NCBI RefSeq assembly: GCF_001564455.1
Contig: NZ_CP011391.1
Coordinates: forward strand, 510,001-542,000
Source: Faecalibaculum rodentium
GTDB taxonomy: Bacteria; Bacillota_I; Bacilli_A; Erysipelotrichales; Erysipelotrichaceae
DNA length: 32,000 nucleotides
Direction: 5' to 3'
Shown: positions 31,986 through 32,000 of the stretch, in pieces
Layout: every line of letters starts with the position of its first letter
How positions within the stretch are numbered: position 1 is the first letter of the stretch
The notes under the pieces: model-generated
Told to the model about the DNA's origin: nothing
Database searches by the model: none
The model's input: the letters and a program-made list of their open reading frames with translations, nothing else
Translations under genes and position numbers: made by a program

Positions 31986-32000
31986 AAAAGAGCACTTAGT

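Overview
This is a GC-rich, Gram-positive (Clostridia-like) chromosomal segment; the taxon call is an inference from GGAGG ribosome-binding sites, lipoboxes and gene content. Most of it is ordinary housekeeping, transport and metabolism. Genes include CorA, an MsmK/MalK-type ABC ATPase, a TIM-barrel sugar isomerase, IlvE, an Rrf2 regulator, DJ-1, GshA with a eukaryotic-type glutathione-synthetase-like ATP-grasp protein, patatin, uracil permease, SstT, a GH1 phospho-beta-glucosidase, a GT28 glycolipid synthase, PlsY, a class-A beta-lactamase-fold lipoprotein, a PatB/MalY lyase, a CaCA antiporter and a HAD hydrolase. There are four tRNAs: Ala-CGC, Arg-CCT, Arg-CCG and Asn-GTT. Two regions are accessory. 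(1) At 16.5-20.5 kb a group II intron sits 3 nt after the terminator of a PTS IIA gene. The intron is itself interrupted by an IS110/IS1111-family element. That element's 3' non-coding arm carries two repeated modules whose variable parts match the insertion target and the transposon end, which is bridge/seek-RNA-like. The same arm is present as an exact 2 x 456 bp tandem duplication. (2) From about 29.93 kb to the window end an AT-rich island lies beside tRNA-Asn. It carries a large serine recombinase and two small hydrophobic-peptide cassettes that resemble type I toxins. Many long ORFs in the supplied track are antisense shadow ORFs of the GC-rich genes and were rejected.
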